DNA of 64,000 nucleotides from an uncultured bacterium (GCA_902802585.1 CADCMR010000006.1:11468-75467), one strand, 5' to 3'. Counted from the first letter of the stretch, positions 27,723 through 37,760 are shown. The notes: generated by a model from the letters alone, not told the origin. Program-made: numbers and translations.

Positions 27723-27750
27723 AACATAACACGGTCCGGGAGAAAAGCAA
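27723..27750 (-). promoter_or_regulatory. Promoter of the antiporter-decarboxylase operon
   Basis: TTGCTT-N16-TATGTT with extended TG on the minus strand. Confidence 0.5.
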
Positions 27751-27807
27751 ATGGCGAAAAGGTCCGGCGGAACCCGAAAAAAAGCCCGGAATGACGGGAA
27801 AATGCGC

Positions 27808-27835
27808 TTGCTTTTTGGCGAAGATGATGTATAAT
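27808..27835 (+). promoter_or_regulatory. Promoter of mraY
   Basis: TTGCTT-N16-TATAAT. Confidence 0.6.
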
Positions 27836-27904
27836 ATTCCGCATAAAATCAAGCACCCTGTTTTTTTCTAAATTTCATCCCACCCCCCATCCTCAGCCGC
27901 CGCC

Positions 27905-29002
27905 ATGCTCTATTACCTCGTCTCCCTCGTCCCCGACTTCGAAAAGACCCCCCTCCGCCTGTTCAACTACTTCACCTTCCGCGCCGCCGCCGCGCTCCTC
28001 ACCGCCACGCTGCTGGGCATCCTGCTCGGCCCGCTGACGGTGCGCCTGCTGAAGAAGGCCGTTGCGCCGCCGCGCCTGGAGGGGATCGTGGAGGAGAAAT
28101 TCATCGACCACTCGAAGGACAAGACGCCGAGCATGGGCGGACTGCTGGTGGTGATGTGCATCATCTTGGCGACGCTGCTGTGGGGCGACCTCACGAACCG
28201 TCTGCTCCTGCTCTTCCTGTGCACGCTCACGGCGTTCAGCGCCATCGGGTTCGTCGACGACTTCACGAAGGTCAAAAGCAAGAAGGACGGCGTGTCCGCC
28301 AAGTACAAGCTCGTCTGCCAGTTCGCCGTCTCCACCATGGCGATCCTGATTTATTCCCACCTCACGCCCGAGATTGCAAAGACGTTCTGCCAGCTCTACG
28401 TGCCGTTCATCAAGGAGCCGGTCTGGACCATGCCCTACTCCGTGGCGGTCGCATTCGCCGTGATCGTGCTGGTCGGCACGTCCAACGCCGTGAACCTGAC
28501 GGACGGGAAGGACGGTCTCGCGACGGGCTGCACGGTCTGGTGCATGCTGACGTACGCGCTGATCGCGTACCTGTGCACGAACTCAATCTTCGCCTCGCAC
28601 CTGGACCTGCCGTTCATCCGCAACGGCGCCGAAATCGTCGTGTTCGCCGCCGCGATCATCGGGGCGTGCGTCGGATTCCTGTGGCACAACTGCAAGCCCG
28701 CGTCCATGTTCATGGGCGACACCGGCAGCCTCGCGCTCGGCGGCATCATCGGGTTCATCTCCATCCTCGTGAACCAGGAACTCCTGCTCATCCTCGTGGG
28801 CGGGGTCTTCGTAATGGAGATCGTATCCGTCATGATTCAGGTCCCGGTTTTCAGGCTGACCGGAAAGCGCATCTTCAAGTGCACCCCGATCCATCACCAT
28901 TTCGAACAGCTCGGGTGGACGGAAACGCAGATCGTGACGCGGTTCTGGATCCTTGCGGGGCTCTTCGCGCTCGCCGGAGCCGCGACGATGAAACTGCGCT
29001 GA
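27905..29002 (+). CDS. mraY: Phospho-N-acetylmuramoyl-pentapeptide transferase
   Basis: TPSMGG, GFVDD, SNAVNLTDG.DGLA, FMGDTGSLALG and PIHHHFE motifs. Confidence 0.96.
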   Translation: MLYYLVSLVPDFEKTPLRLFNYFTFRAAAALLTATLLGILLGPLTVRLLKKAVAPPRLEGIVEEKFIDHSKDKTPSMGGLLVVMCIILATLLWGDLTNRLLLLFLCTLTAFSAIGFVDDFTKVKSKKDGVSAKYKLVCQFAVSTMAILIYSHLTPEIAKTFCQLYVPFIKEPVWTMPYSVAVAFAVIVLVGTSNAVNLTDGKDGLATGCTVWCMLTYALIAYLCTNSIFASHLDLPFIRNGAEIVVFAAAIIGACVGFLWHNCKPASMFMGDTGSLALGGIIGFISILVNQELLLILVGGVFVMEIVSVMIQVPVFRLTGKRIFKCTPIHHHFEQLGWTETQIVTRFWILAGLFALAGAATMKLR

Positions 29003-29107
29003 GGGCGGCGGCGCCTCCTGCGGTTGTGCCGTGCTTCGCGACGGCACAGGGAAAACAAATCAATCGGACCGTTTACAAACGGTCAATCAAACAACGCCCG
29101 ACGGTTT

Positions 29108-29536
29108 TTACTTTCCGAAATCCAAAATGGATTTCGAGGAAGAAGGGGACTGGTCTGGACGTTTTTCGTAGTCCGGACAGTCGTCCATCGGCTGAACCTC
29201 GCAGTGTTTGCGCGTGCAGATCACGGCAAAGGCGTTCACGAGCGAATGGGCGCAATCCCGGCAGAAACGGTGTTCCGACGGGGTGTCCATGTCCAGAATC
29301 GAAGTTTTCTTTTCTGCGGATTCATCGTTGCCGAACAGCGCGTCCAGCGCCTTGCGTCCGGCGGAAACCGGGGCGGAGTCTTCGGACTTCGGAGCGTCGG
29401 GAGCGCCCGCGTCCGCGCCGCAGACCGAGCAGACCAGATGCTCGCCCTTCACGTCCCAGCCGTCGAGGATCTTTTCGAGCTTCGCGAACGCGGTGAAGCC
29501 GCAGGCGGGACAGGTGAACTGTTCGCCGGGTTTCAT
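29108..29536 (-). CDS. Hypothetical Cys-rich (zinc-ribbon) protein
   Basis: CPACG...CSVCG and CRDCAH...C...C motifs; ATGA overlap with the upstream gene. Confidence 0.75.
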   Translation of the reverse strand: MKPGEQFTCPACGFTAFAKLEKILDGWDVKGEHLVCSVCGADAGAPDAPKSEDSAPVSAGRKALDALFGNDESAEKKTSILDMDTPSEHRFCRDCAHSLVNAFAVICTRKHCEVQPMDDCPDYEKRPDQSPSSSKSILDFGK

Positions 29537-31017
29537 GCGCCGGGATCCGTGCTGCTCTGCGCCTGCATCGCCTTACGGCGTCTGCGGGCGTTCAAGGTCT
29601 GGTAGAAGAGCGGGACGAGGAGCTTCAGGAGGGCGGCGGCGGGCACGGCGAGGATCATGCCGGAGATTCCTGCGACGACCGCGCCGAGCAGGACCACGAT
29701 GATCGTTTCCACGAGCGTCAGTCCGATCGCCTCGCCGACCAGCACGGGGTACAGCAGGAGCTGTTCCAGGATCACATGGATCAGCAGGTAAGCCAGCGAG
29801 ATACCGATGATGGGCATCACGATGCCTTCCCGCGCGAAGATGATCGCCACGACAATGGACAGGATGGCGGCGAGCACGGGTCCGAGGAACGGCAGCAGGA
29901 TCGTGGAGCCCGCGATGAGCGAGAGTACGGGCCAGAACGGGACGTTGAACGGGATGAAGAACAGCGCGTACAGGATCGTCTCCAGCACGATGATCCAGAA
30001 ATAGCCGACCAGCCACGCCCGGAACATCTTGTAGATATGGTTGATAATGTGCGCGGCGCCGGTGCGTTCGTGTTCAGAGGCGTCCGGGAGCCAGCCGCTT
30101 TCGTAAATGCTGCTCACGGTCCATTCGCCGAGGTTCTGCCCGGAATCCGCGCTTCCGGCGGCGAAGAGCGCCATCCTGAGCAGGAAATAGTAGTAGAAGA
30201 ACAGGAACATCACGAGGTCGAACGCGAATGTGCCAACCCAGCCCGTGATACGGAACGCGTTTTTGACCAGTTCGTTGCCCGCCTTGAGCGTGTATTTCGC
30301 GAAGTCGGCGTTGTGCTCCTCCATCGCCTCGGTGATCCGGTTCCGCAGGCGTTCGCGGACGTTCATGCCCTCTTCCTCTTTCGAGGGCGGGTCGAGGCGG
30401 TCCAGCAGTTCGCCGAGCTTCTGCTCCAGCTTCTCGACCGCGTGGTTGTTCTGCGCCCACTGGGACAGGGAATCGCCGGACATGGCGGCGAACGGGCGGA
30501 TGAAATGAACGAGCGTCCAGGAAAGCAGGACGGTCACGATCACGACGAGGATGACCGCCAGGGCGGAGGACTGGGTCGCGATGCGGCGGCGTTCACCCTC
30601 GGAGAGCCCGCCGGGCTGTTCCGGCGGACACACCTCCTCAGCCTCGGACGGCTGTGCCGATTCGTCGCCGAAACGGCGCGTGATGCGCTTACGGAAGGCG
30701 GTGAACGGGGCGGTCAGCCTCACGAGGAAGTCATGCAGGCCGAGCATGCACTTCGTCCCGAAGAAACGGCGTTCGAGGAACTGCTCGAACTGGAACGTCA
30801 GAACGGCGGCCAGGATGCCGAAGAAAAGCGACTTGACGAAAACTGCGGCCAGTACAAACAGGACCAGGATCACGAAGACCGGGATGAACCCGTGCGCGGG
30901 CGCGACGAACGTGTCCGCCTTCGGACGGCGGAGGAACTTGCGCGCCCCGGAACCGGAAGAGACGGAAGCCGCCTGTTCCTCGGGCCGTGCCGCTGCCTTG
31001 TCCTGTTCGGCGTCCAT
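29533..31017 (-). CDS. AI-2E (PerM) family transporter
   Basis: LPFLGP, ILEQLLLYPVLVGEAIGL and GISGMILAVP motifs; multi-TM. Confidence 0.85.
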   Translation of the reverse strand: MDAEQDKAAARPEEQAASVSSGSGARKFLRRPKADTFVAPAHGFIPVFVILVLFVLAAVFVKSLFFGILAAVLTFQFEQFLERRFFGTKCMLGLHDFLVRLTAPFTAFRKRITRRFGDESAQPSEAEEVCPPEQPGGLSEGERRRIATQSSALAVILVVIVTVLLSWTLVHFIRPFAAMSGDSLSQWAQNNHAVEKLEQKLGELLDRLDPPSKEEEGMNVRERLRNRITEAMEEHNADFAKYTLKAGNELVKNAFRITGWVGTFAFDLVMFLFFYYYFLLRMALFAAGSADSGQNLGEWTVSSIYESGWLPDASEHERTGAAHIINHIYKMFRAWLVGYFWIIVLETILYALFFIPFNVPFWPVLSLIAGSTILLPFLGPVLAAILSIVVAIIFAREGIVMPIIGISLAYLLIHVILEQLLLYPVLVGEAIGLTLVETIIVVLLGAVVAGISGMILAVPAAALLKLLVPLFYQTLNARRRRKAMQAQSSTDPGA

Positions 31018-31023
31018 GCGCGC

Positions 31024-32067
31024 TTACTCGGTGACGACGGACTTGCCGGAGCCTTCCGTGACCTCGCCGACGACGAACGCGCGGATGCCGGCGGATTCGG
31101 CGGCGTCCATGGCGGCCTTTGCGGCGTCGGGACGGACGAACCAGACCATGCCGACGCCCATGTTGAACACGCGGTAGGCTTCCTGCACGGGGAGGCTTCC
31201 GATCTTGACCATAAGGTCGAAGATGGCGGGACGGAACGGGATCATCGCGGTGTGGAAGACGGCATCAACGGTCTTCGGCAGGATGCGCGGGACGTTGTCG
31301 ATGAGACCGCCGCCGGTGATGTGGGCGATGCCGTTGATCGCGACGCCCGCGGCCTTTGCTGCCTTGATGGCGGGGAGGTAGCAGGTATGGGGTTTCAGGA
31401 GCGCTTCGCCGACGGATTCGCCGCCGAGCTCCGACGGAGTGGATTTCACCGTGTATCCGGCTGCATCGAAAAGGAGCTTGCGGGCGAGGCTGAAACCGTT
31501 GGTGTGGAGACCGTTGGACGCGAGCCCGATGGCGACGTCGCCGGGGGCGATGTTCTCGCCGGTGATAATCTCGCTCTTCTCGACGATGCCGGTGATGATG
31601 CCGACCAGGTCAAAGTCGTTGCCGTACATGCCGGGCATTTCCGCGGTCTCGCCGCCAAGCACGGCGCAGTTTGCGGCGCGGCAGGCATCGGCGATGCCGC
31701 CGAGAACGTCTTCATAGAGCGGGCTGCGGAGTTTGCCGATGCCGATGTAGTCGAGGAAATAGATGGGCTCCGCGCCCTGCACGGCGATATCGTTGATGCA
31801 GTGGTTCACGATGTCGAAGCCGACCGTGTCGTATTTCTGCATTTCCGCGGCGACCATGAGCTTGGTGCCGACGCCGTCGATGCTGGCGACGAGGACTGGT
31901 TCGCGGTAGCCGGGGAAACCCGCCTGGAAGAGACCGCCGAAGCCGCCGATAGGGGCGAGCATTTCGGGGCGGCGCGCGGCAGCGAGACGGGGCTTGACGC
32001 GGCCGAGGAGTTCAGTAGCGAGGTCGATGTCGACGCCGGCTTCTTTGTAGGAGGAAGGAGTTTGCAT
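31024..32067 (-). CDS. purM: Phosphoribosylformylglycinamidine cyclo-ligase (AIR synthetase)
   Basis: SYKEAGVDI, DGVGTK, GGETAEMPG, SNGLHTNG, AHITGGG and FNMGVG motifs. Confidence 0.97.
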   Translation of the reverse strand: MQTPSSYKEAGVDIDLATELLGRVKPRLAAARRPEMLAPIGGFGGLFQAGFPGYREPVLVASIDGVGTKLMVAAEMQKYDTVGFDIVNHCINDIAVQGAEPIYFLDYIGIGKLRSPLYEDVLGGIADACRAANCAVLGGETAEMPGMYGNDFDLVGIITGIVEKSEIITGENIAPGDVAIGLASNGLHTNGFSLARKLLFDAAGYTVKSTPSELGGESVGEALLKPHTCYLPAIKAAKAAGVAINGIAHITGGGLIDNVPRILPKTVDAVFHTAMIPFRPAIFDLMVKIGSLPVQEAYRVFNMGVGMVWFVRPDAAKAAMDAAESAGIRAFVVGEVTEGSGKSVVTE

Positions 32068-32099
32068 GCGGCAGGGGTGCTTTCGTGTTGTATGTGAAG

Positions 32100-32903
32100 T
32101 TATTTGAGTTTGAGATTGGAGAACGCGGCTCCGAGGCTGCCGAAGGGTTCGTTGCTCGACGGAAGCGGATAGGCGGAAAGGATCTTGTTCTGCGCCTCGA
32201 AAACCGGGGCGAGCCCGACCTGCGCCAGCTCAAGGATTTTGTCGAGCTGTTCACGGTCGAACGGGACCTCCTCGGCGGTGCCCTGAAGCTCGATGAACTT
32301 GCCGGACTCGGTCATGACGACGTTGAAATCGACGTCCGCGCCGGAATCCTCCTCGTAGCAGAGGTCGAGCAGCGGCACGCCGCCACGGATGCCGACACTG
32401 ATCGCGCCGACGTTCTCGCGCATGGGGAACCGCTGGATCTTTTTCCCGGCGAGGAGCTTGCGGAACGCGATCTGGAGCACGACGCTGGCGCCGCAGATGG
32501 AGGCGCAGCGGGTGCCGCCGTCCGCGTCGATCACGTCGCAGTCGATGTACAGCGTGTTCTGACCGAGCGCCTGCAGGTCGATGACGGAACGGAAGGAACG
32601 CCCGATGAGGCGCTGAATCTCCATGGTACGTCCGGACTGCTTGCCGCGGGAGGCTTCGCGCGCGACGCGCGTATTGCCCGCGCCGGGGATCATGCCGTAT
32701 TCGCTGGTGACCCAGCCGCCGGAAACGCCCTGCTGGCGCATCCAACCGGGGACGCCCTGTTCGAACGAGGCGGAGCAGATAACCTTGGTACCGCCGACTT
32801 CGATGAGCGCGGAGGCGATCGGGTGGGCGAGGTAGTCCGGGGTGATGCGGAATTTGCGCGGCTGGGACGGCGCGCGACCGTCGATGCGTCTGGTGTTGTT
32901 CAT
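32100..32903 (-). CDS. rph: Ribonuclease PH
   Basis: GWVTSEYGM, SGRTMEIQRLIGR, ADGGTRCASI, DLCYEEDS and QGTAE motifs. Confidence 0.96.
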   Translation of the reverse strand: MNNTRRIDGRAPSQPRKFRITPDYLAHPIASALIEVGGTKVICSASFEQGVPGWMRQQGVSGGWVTSEYGMIPGAGNTRVAREASRGKQSGRTMEIQRLIGRSFRSVIDLQALGQNTLYIDCDVIDADGGTRCASICGASVVLQIAFRKLLAGKKIQRFPMRENVGAISVGIRGGVPLLDLCYEEDSGADVDFNVVMTESGKFIELQGTAEEVPFDREQLDKILELAQVGLAPVFEAQNKILSAYPLPSSNEPFGSLGAAFSNLKLK

Positions 32904-32929
32904 GCGGAATCCATTGGTTCAAAAGAAAA

Positions 32930-33041
32930 GCCGCCGCCCGACAGATGACCTACGCGCAAGGTCTTAACGCTTAGAGCTGCTTTGTTCCCAACCTGACTCG
33001 GTTCACGCAATTCCATCGCACAGGGTCCGGCGGACGACGGC
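32930..33041 (-). ncRNA. ffs: Signal recognition particle RNA (small bacterial 4.5S)
   Basis: Minus strand contains TGAACC-GA-GTCAGG-TTG-GGAA-CAA-AGCAGC-TCTAAGCG (domain IV), with terminal pairing gccgtcgtccg / cgggcggcggc followed by a U-run. Confidence 0.9.
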
Positions 33042-33046
33042 AAATA

Positions 33047-33997
33047 TTATGCTGGTTTCTGTTTGCGGGAAGATTTTCCCGCCTTATTTACTTTACACCG
33101 TTTTGTGAAATATTCAAGGCAAAGTGTGAGTTCCGCCCGTAAATTTTTCCGTTCGATGATCCGGTCGACGAAGCCCTTCTGGAGCAGGAACTCCGAAGTC
33201 TGGAATCCCTCCGGAAGCTGCGCCTGCGTGGTCGCCTCGATCACGCGGCGTCCGGCGAAGCCGACCATCGCGCCCGGTTCGGCGAGGATCAGGTCGCCGA
33301 GCGAGGCGAAACTGGCGGTGACGCCGGCGGTGGTGGGATGGGTCAGGATCACGATGTACGGCAGACCGGCCTCCTTGTGGCGGTACAGAGCGCCGCTGGT
33401 CTTCGCCATCTGCATGAGGCTGATGAGCCCCTCGTACATGCGCGCGCCGCCGCTGGCGGTGACGATCACGAGCGGGAGGCGCTTCGCGGTGGCGGTCTCG
33501 ATGGCACGCGTAATCTTCTCGCCGACGACTGCGCCCATGCTGGCTCCGAGGAAGCGGAAGTCCATGACGGCGAGGACGTACGGGATGAAGTTGATGGCGG
33601 TAACGCCGGAGATCACGGCATCGCGGAGACCGGTCTTCTCGTGGTTGGCGCGGAGCTTTTCGACGTAGGGGGACACACCCTCGAACTTGAGCGTATCGAC
33701 GGATTCGAGCTTCGGGTCGAGCTCCTGGAAACTGCCGAGGTCGGTCAGCAGGTCGATGCGCTCCAGCGCGGTCAGCGGGTAATGGTAGCCGCACTTCGGG
33801 CAGACCTGCAGGTTTTCCTCCTTGCGGCTGGAGAAGATCAGTTCATTGCAGTTTTTGCATTTTTCCCAAAGCCCCTGCGGGATGTCCTTCCGTTTCGCGA
33901 CCTCGGCCTGTTTCTGGATGCCGTGATGCGCGATGACGCCGACCGGAACCGCGGAGGTCGTCGGCAGAGGTTTGACTTTTTTGGTAAAAGCAGCCAT
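33047..33997 (-). CDS. accD: Acetyl-CoA carboxylase carboxyltransferase beta subunit
   Basis: LWEKCKNC...CPKC zinc finger, DFRFLGASMG, SGGARM.EG and GFAGRRVIE motifs. Confidence 0.96.
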   Translation of the reverse strand: MAAFTKKVKPLPTTSAVPVGVIAHHGIQKQAEVAKRKDIPQGLWEKCKNCNELIFSSRKEENLQVCPKCGYHYPLTALERIDLLTDLGSFQELDPKLESVDTLKFEGVSPYVEKLRANHEKTGLRDAVISGVTAINFIPYVLAVMDFRFLGASMGAVVGEKITRAIETATAKRLPLVIVTASGGARMYEGLISLMQMAKTSGALYRHKEAGLPYIVILTHPTTAGVTASFASLGDLILAEPGAMVGFAGRRVIEATTQAQLPEGFQTSEFLLQKGFVDRIIERKNLRAELTLCLEYFTKRCKVNKAGKSSRKQKPA

Positions 33998-34044
33998 GGC
34001 AGCACCTTATCTTTAGGTTGATTCCGGCTTGTAATTCATATTTC

Positions 34045-34764
34045 TCAGCGGCGGGCAGCCGAAACGGCGAAGACCCTGGCGGCTCCCGCGTCAAGCAGGA
34101 CAGACGCCGCGGTGGCAAGCGTGGTGCCCGTCGTCAAAACATCGTCTACAATTAATATAGCACGTTTTTCGCATTTTGTCGAATCCGTCGGCGAAAAAGC
34201 GCCCGTTAAATTCAAAATTCTTTCCCTGCGGCTCAGACGCGCCTGCTGGCGGGTGCGCCGGACACGTCGGAGCGCCCGGACCACCGGGATGCCGAGCTCC
34301 GCGGAAATGCCCTGGCTGATCAGGTCCGCCTGATTGAATCCGCGCTGGACGAAGCGCGTCCAGTGGAGCGGGACGGGAGCGATCATGTCGGCGGGGCAGG
34401 GCAGCTCGCGTTTCAGCTTGGACCCGAGCAGTCGTCCGAGCGAACGCGCGAACTCCGGGCGGTTGCGGTATTTCAGCATCATGACCGCGAGGCGCGCGTT
34501 TCCCTCCATGTGGAAGAGCGAAAACGCCTGGCTCCAAGGACGCTGCGGCTGGTGAAGGCATTTCGGACAGACGTCCAGGATGCCGTCCATCGGACCGCCG
34601 CAGCCCGGGCAGTACGGCGGCGCAATGAAGGGCAGCGACTCCAGACACTCCGCGCAGAACATCCCCGGCGTGCCGTCGAACGGCGGTTTCCCGCAAACAG
34701 GACAGCGGAACGGCGCGACCGCGGAAAGGCACGGCATGAGCAGGGATTCGAGGCGGAACGGCAT
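34045..34764 (-). CDS. comF: ComF family protein (zinc finger + phosphoribosyltransferase)
   Basis: Four CxxC motifs, PVPLH, RGFNQA and VDDVLTTGTT. Confidence 0.9.
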   Translation of the reverse strand: MPFRLESLLMPCLSAVAPFRCPVCGKPPFDGTPGMFCAECLESLPFIAPPYCPGCGGPMDGILDVCPKCLHQPQRPWSQAFSLFHMEGNARLAVMMLKYRNRPEFARSLGRLLGSKLKRELPCPADMIAPVPLHWTRFVQRGFNQADLISQGISAELGIPVVRALRRVRRTRQQARLSRRERILNLTGAFSPTDSTKCEKRAILIVDDVLTTGTTLATAASVLLDAGAARVFAVSAARR

Positions 34765-34773
34765 GGCGCTGCC

Positions 34774-35931
34774 TCAGCGTTTTTTCGAGTAGGTGCCGTC
34801 CGGATTCTTGCGGACGCGGTGGAGGATCTCAAGGCCGATCATCGTGGAGATCACGGTGGACGGTGGGATGTCCGTCGATTCGGAGATCGCGTCGACGTTC
34901 GCCGGGCCTTTCGCCAGCACGTTCAGGATCGCCGTCTCCTCCTCGGAGAACATGGAGTCGTCGAGCGCGTCCGGTTCGCACTGCGAGGCGTCGGCGTCGT
35001 CCGCGCCGAACGGGCTGACGGGCGTTTCCTTGAGCGCGGCGGGATGGAATCCGGGCAGGAAATCGAATTCGTCCAGGATGTCGTCGAAGTTCATGACGAG
35101 TTTCGCGCCCTGCTTGATGAGTGTGTTGCATCCCGCCGCCGAGGGGTTGTCCGCCTCGCCCGGCACGGCAAACACGTGACGGCCCTGTTCCAGCGCCTGC
35201 GCCGCCGTGATCAGCGAACCGCTGTTGACGCCCGCTTCGACCACCAGCGTGCCGCAGGACAGCCCCGCGATGATGCGGTTGCGCATCGGGAACGTGTGGC
35301 GCGTGGGCACGGTGGTCATGGGGAACTCGGAAATGACCGCGCCGCCGGACCGGATGATGGCGCGGGCGAGGTCGAGGTTTTCGACGGGGTGAAGCTTGGC
35401 GAGGCCGCCGCCGAGCACGGCGATGGTTTTGCCGCCCGCGTCGACCGTCGCCTGGTGCACGATCGTGTCGATGCCGACCGCCAGTCCGCTGACAGTGGCC
35501 CAGCCGCCGTACGCGGCGGATTCCGAGAGGTGGCGCGCCATGCGTGCGCCGTAGTTCGAGGCGTTGCGCGTGCCGACGATGGAGATGGAGCGGACGGCGA
35601 GGTCGGCGGGCAGGCTTCCGCGCATGTAGATGCAGAGCGGGGCATCGCGGAGTTCGCGCAGAGCCGCCGGATACTCGTCGTCGGTGCGGCAGAGGATGGT
35701 CACGCCGCCGTTCCGCGCGATCTCAAGCTCGCGGTCGAACTCGACGAAATCGCGCCAGCGGAGGATGCGTTCGGCGAGTCCGGAACTGATGCCGCGGATA
35801 CGGGAAAGCGAGGCGGCGTCCGACTCGAAGATGGCGGAAACGGAGCCGCAGAATTCGATCAGGGCATTGGCGCGGGAACCGCCGATGCCGTTCAGCATGT
35901 TCAGGATAATGCAGCCGTCATGGTCGTTCAC
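34774..35931 (-). CDS. dprA: DNA-processing protein DprA
   Basis: IVGTR, VSGLAVGID, FPMRNRIIAGLS, VVEA...SGSLITA and GCNTLIKQGA motifs. GTG start at 35931 after GGAGG. Confidence 0.93.
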   Translation of the reverse strand: MNDHDGCIILNMLNGIGGSRANALIEFCGSVSAIFESDAASLSRIRGISSGLAERILRWRDFVEFDRELEIARNGGVTILCRTDDEYPAALRELRDAPLCIYMRGSLPADLAVRSISIVGTRNASNYGARMARHLSESAAYGGWATVSGLAVGIDTIVHQATVDAGGKTIAVLGGGLAKLHPVENLDLARAIIRSGGAVISEFPMTTVPTRHTFPMRNRIIAGLSCGTLVVEAGVNSGSLITAAQALEQGRHVFAVPGEADNPSAAGCNTLIKQGAKLVMNFDDILDEFDFLPGFHPAALKETPVSPFGADDADASQCEPDALDDSMFSEEETAILNVLAKGPANVDAISESTDIPPSTVISTMIGLEILHRVRKNPDGTYSKKR

Positions 35932-37015
35932 AGACTTCCTCCCAGACGGCTTCGATCGCCTCGCGCGGCACATCCGTGCGGACCTCGGCGTGCCCGATTT
36001 CGAGCGGCAGGACGATGCGCGGCACCCCGGAAACAGCCTTCTTGTCCGACGCCATCGCCGCCAGCAGCGCGGCGGGTTCGCAGCCGGAGACCGTGACGGG
36101 CAGACGGTACTGGCGGAGCAGCGCGGCGATCTTTTCGGCGGAATCCGCGTCGAGTTTGCCGAGCCGGACCGAGAGCCGGGCGGCGGCGGCGGTCCCGACC
36201 GCGACCGCTTCGCCATGCTCCAGCCCGCGGTAGTCCTGCACTTTTTCGATCGCGTGTCCGAAAGTATGCCCGAGGTTGAGCAGCATGCGTTCGCCGCGTT
36301 CCTGTTCGTCACGGGAAACCACGGCGGCTTTCAGAGTGCAGGAACGCGCCACGAGGGACGCGAGGCGGGCATGGTCATGGAACAGGGAATCTCCGGCGGC
36401 TTCCAGTTCGTCGAAGAGTGTGCGGTCGAAGAGAACGGCGTGCTTGATGAGCTCGGCGAAACCGTTCGCCATCTCGCGGGGCGGGAGCGACGCCAGGAAC
36501 GAGGTGTCCATCAGGACGGCTTTCGGCTGGTAGAACGTGCCGACCAGGTTCTTTCCCTCGGGCAGGTCCACGCCGGTTTTGCCGCCGACGCCGGAGTCGA
36601 TCATCGCCAGCAGAGACGTCGGGACCTGCACGCAGCGGATCCCGCGCATGTAGACCGACGCGGCAAACGCAGCCATGTCGCCGGCCACGCCGCCGCCCAG
36701 TCCGACGATCAGCGAACCGCGGTCAAGCCCGGCGCGTGCAGCGTCCTGGCAGATGTCCCCGATCGTGGCGAGGTGCTTGGAGGTCTCGCCGGCGGGGAAG
36801 ACGGATTCGGACACGCCGGAAGCACCGGCGTCAAGAAGCGTACGGGACAGGAGTCCGCCGTACAGCGGAAAAACGTTGGAATCGGAGACGACCAGGACTT
36901 TCACGCCCTTCGCGAACGGCGCAAGCAGTCCGGAGGCGGCGCCCGAAGCGAAGAGGTCCCGCGCCACGGAAATATCGTAGGAGCGCGCACCGAGGCTGAC
37001 TTGCACGGTCTCCAT
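35918..37015 (-). CDS. aroB: 3-dehydroquinate synthase
   Basis: GETSK, GGGVAGD, PTSLLAMIDSGVGGKTG, KNLVG, LNLGHTFGHAIE and HGEAV motifs. Confidence 0.96.
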   Translation of the reverse strand: METVQVSLGARSYDISVARDLFASGAASGLLAPFAKGVKVLVVSDSNVFPLYGGLLSRTLLDAGASGVSESVFPAGETSKHLATIGDICQDAARAGLDRGSLIVGLGGGVAGDMAAFAASVYMRGIRCVQVPTSLLAMIDSGVGGKTGVDLPEGKNLVGTFYQPKAVLMDTSFLASLPPREMANGFAELIKHAVLFDRTLFDELEAAGDSLFHDHARLASLVARSCTLKAAVVSRDEQERGERMLLNLGHTFGHAIEKVQDYRGLEHGEAVAVGTAAAARLSVRLGKLDADSAEKIAALLRQYRLPVTVSGCEPAALLAAMASDKKAVSGVPRIVLPLEIGHAEVRTDVPREAIEAVWEEVCERP

Positions 37016-37016
37016 G

Positions 37017-37760
37017 TCAGCGGGCGTCCTTGTCCTGCGCGGCGGCGAGAAGCTCGGCGTAGGTGGTACGGCCGTCGTAGAGCGCCTTGCCCACGATCGC
37101 GCCTTCGAGGTTTGCGCAGCCGAGCGAGACCAGGTTGCGCACGTCCGCGGACGAGCTCACGCCGCCAGACGCGATGATCTTGCAGTCAGGGAGCTGTTCG
37201 CAGAAGCTCCGCATGAACGGGAGGTTCGGCCCTTTCAGCGCGCCGTCGGTGGCGATGTCGGTGAAGATGAAGCGCTCGATACCGAAGAGGAACAGCGACC
37301 GTGCGAGCGCCGCGGCGTCGACCGTGGAGGTCTCGACCCAGCCGCGCGTCGCGACCTTGCCGTCGCGGGCGTCAATTCCCGCCACGATCTTCTCCTGCCC
37401 GAACGCGTTGATGAAGTCCTCGGCGCTCTTCGGATCGTCGCAGACCGCGGTCCCGAGGATCACGCGGGACACGCCCAGGTCGAACGCCCGTTTTGCGTCG
37501 TCGACGGTGCGGATGCCGCCGCCGAGCTCGCACGGGATGGAGACGCGGGCGCAGACCGCGCGGATCGCTTCGGAATTGGTCATCGCGCCGGATTTCGCGC
37601 CATCGAGGTCGACGAGGTGGATCAGCGGCGCACCGGCCTGTTCCCAAACAGCGGCCTGGTCGGCGGGCGTGCTCTCGTAAACCGTCTCCTTCGCGTAGTC
37701 GCCCTGGAAGAGGCGGACACAGTTGCCGTGAAGCAGATCAATGGCGGGGAATAATTTCAT
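37017..37760 (-). CDS. hisA: ProFAR isomerase HisA
   Basis: FPAIDL...VRL.QGDY, HLVDLDGA, GGGIR, TDIATDG and ASGGV motifs. Confidence 0.96.
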   Translation of the reverse strand: MKLFPAIDLLHGNCVRLFQGDYAKETVYESTPADQAAVWEQAGAPLIHLVDLDGAKSGAMTNSEAIRAVCARVSIPCELGGGIRTVDDAKRAFDLGVSRVILGTAVCDDPKSAEDFINAFGQEKIVAGIDARDGKVATRGWVETSTVDAAALARSLFLFGIERFIFTDIATDGALKGPNLPFMRSFCEQLPDCKIIASGGVSSSADVRNLVSLGCANLEGAIVGKALYDGRTTYAELLAAAQDKDAR

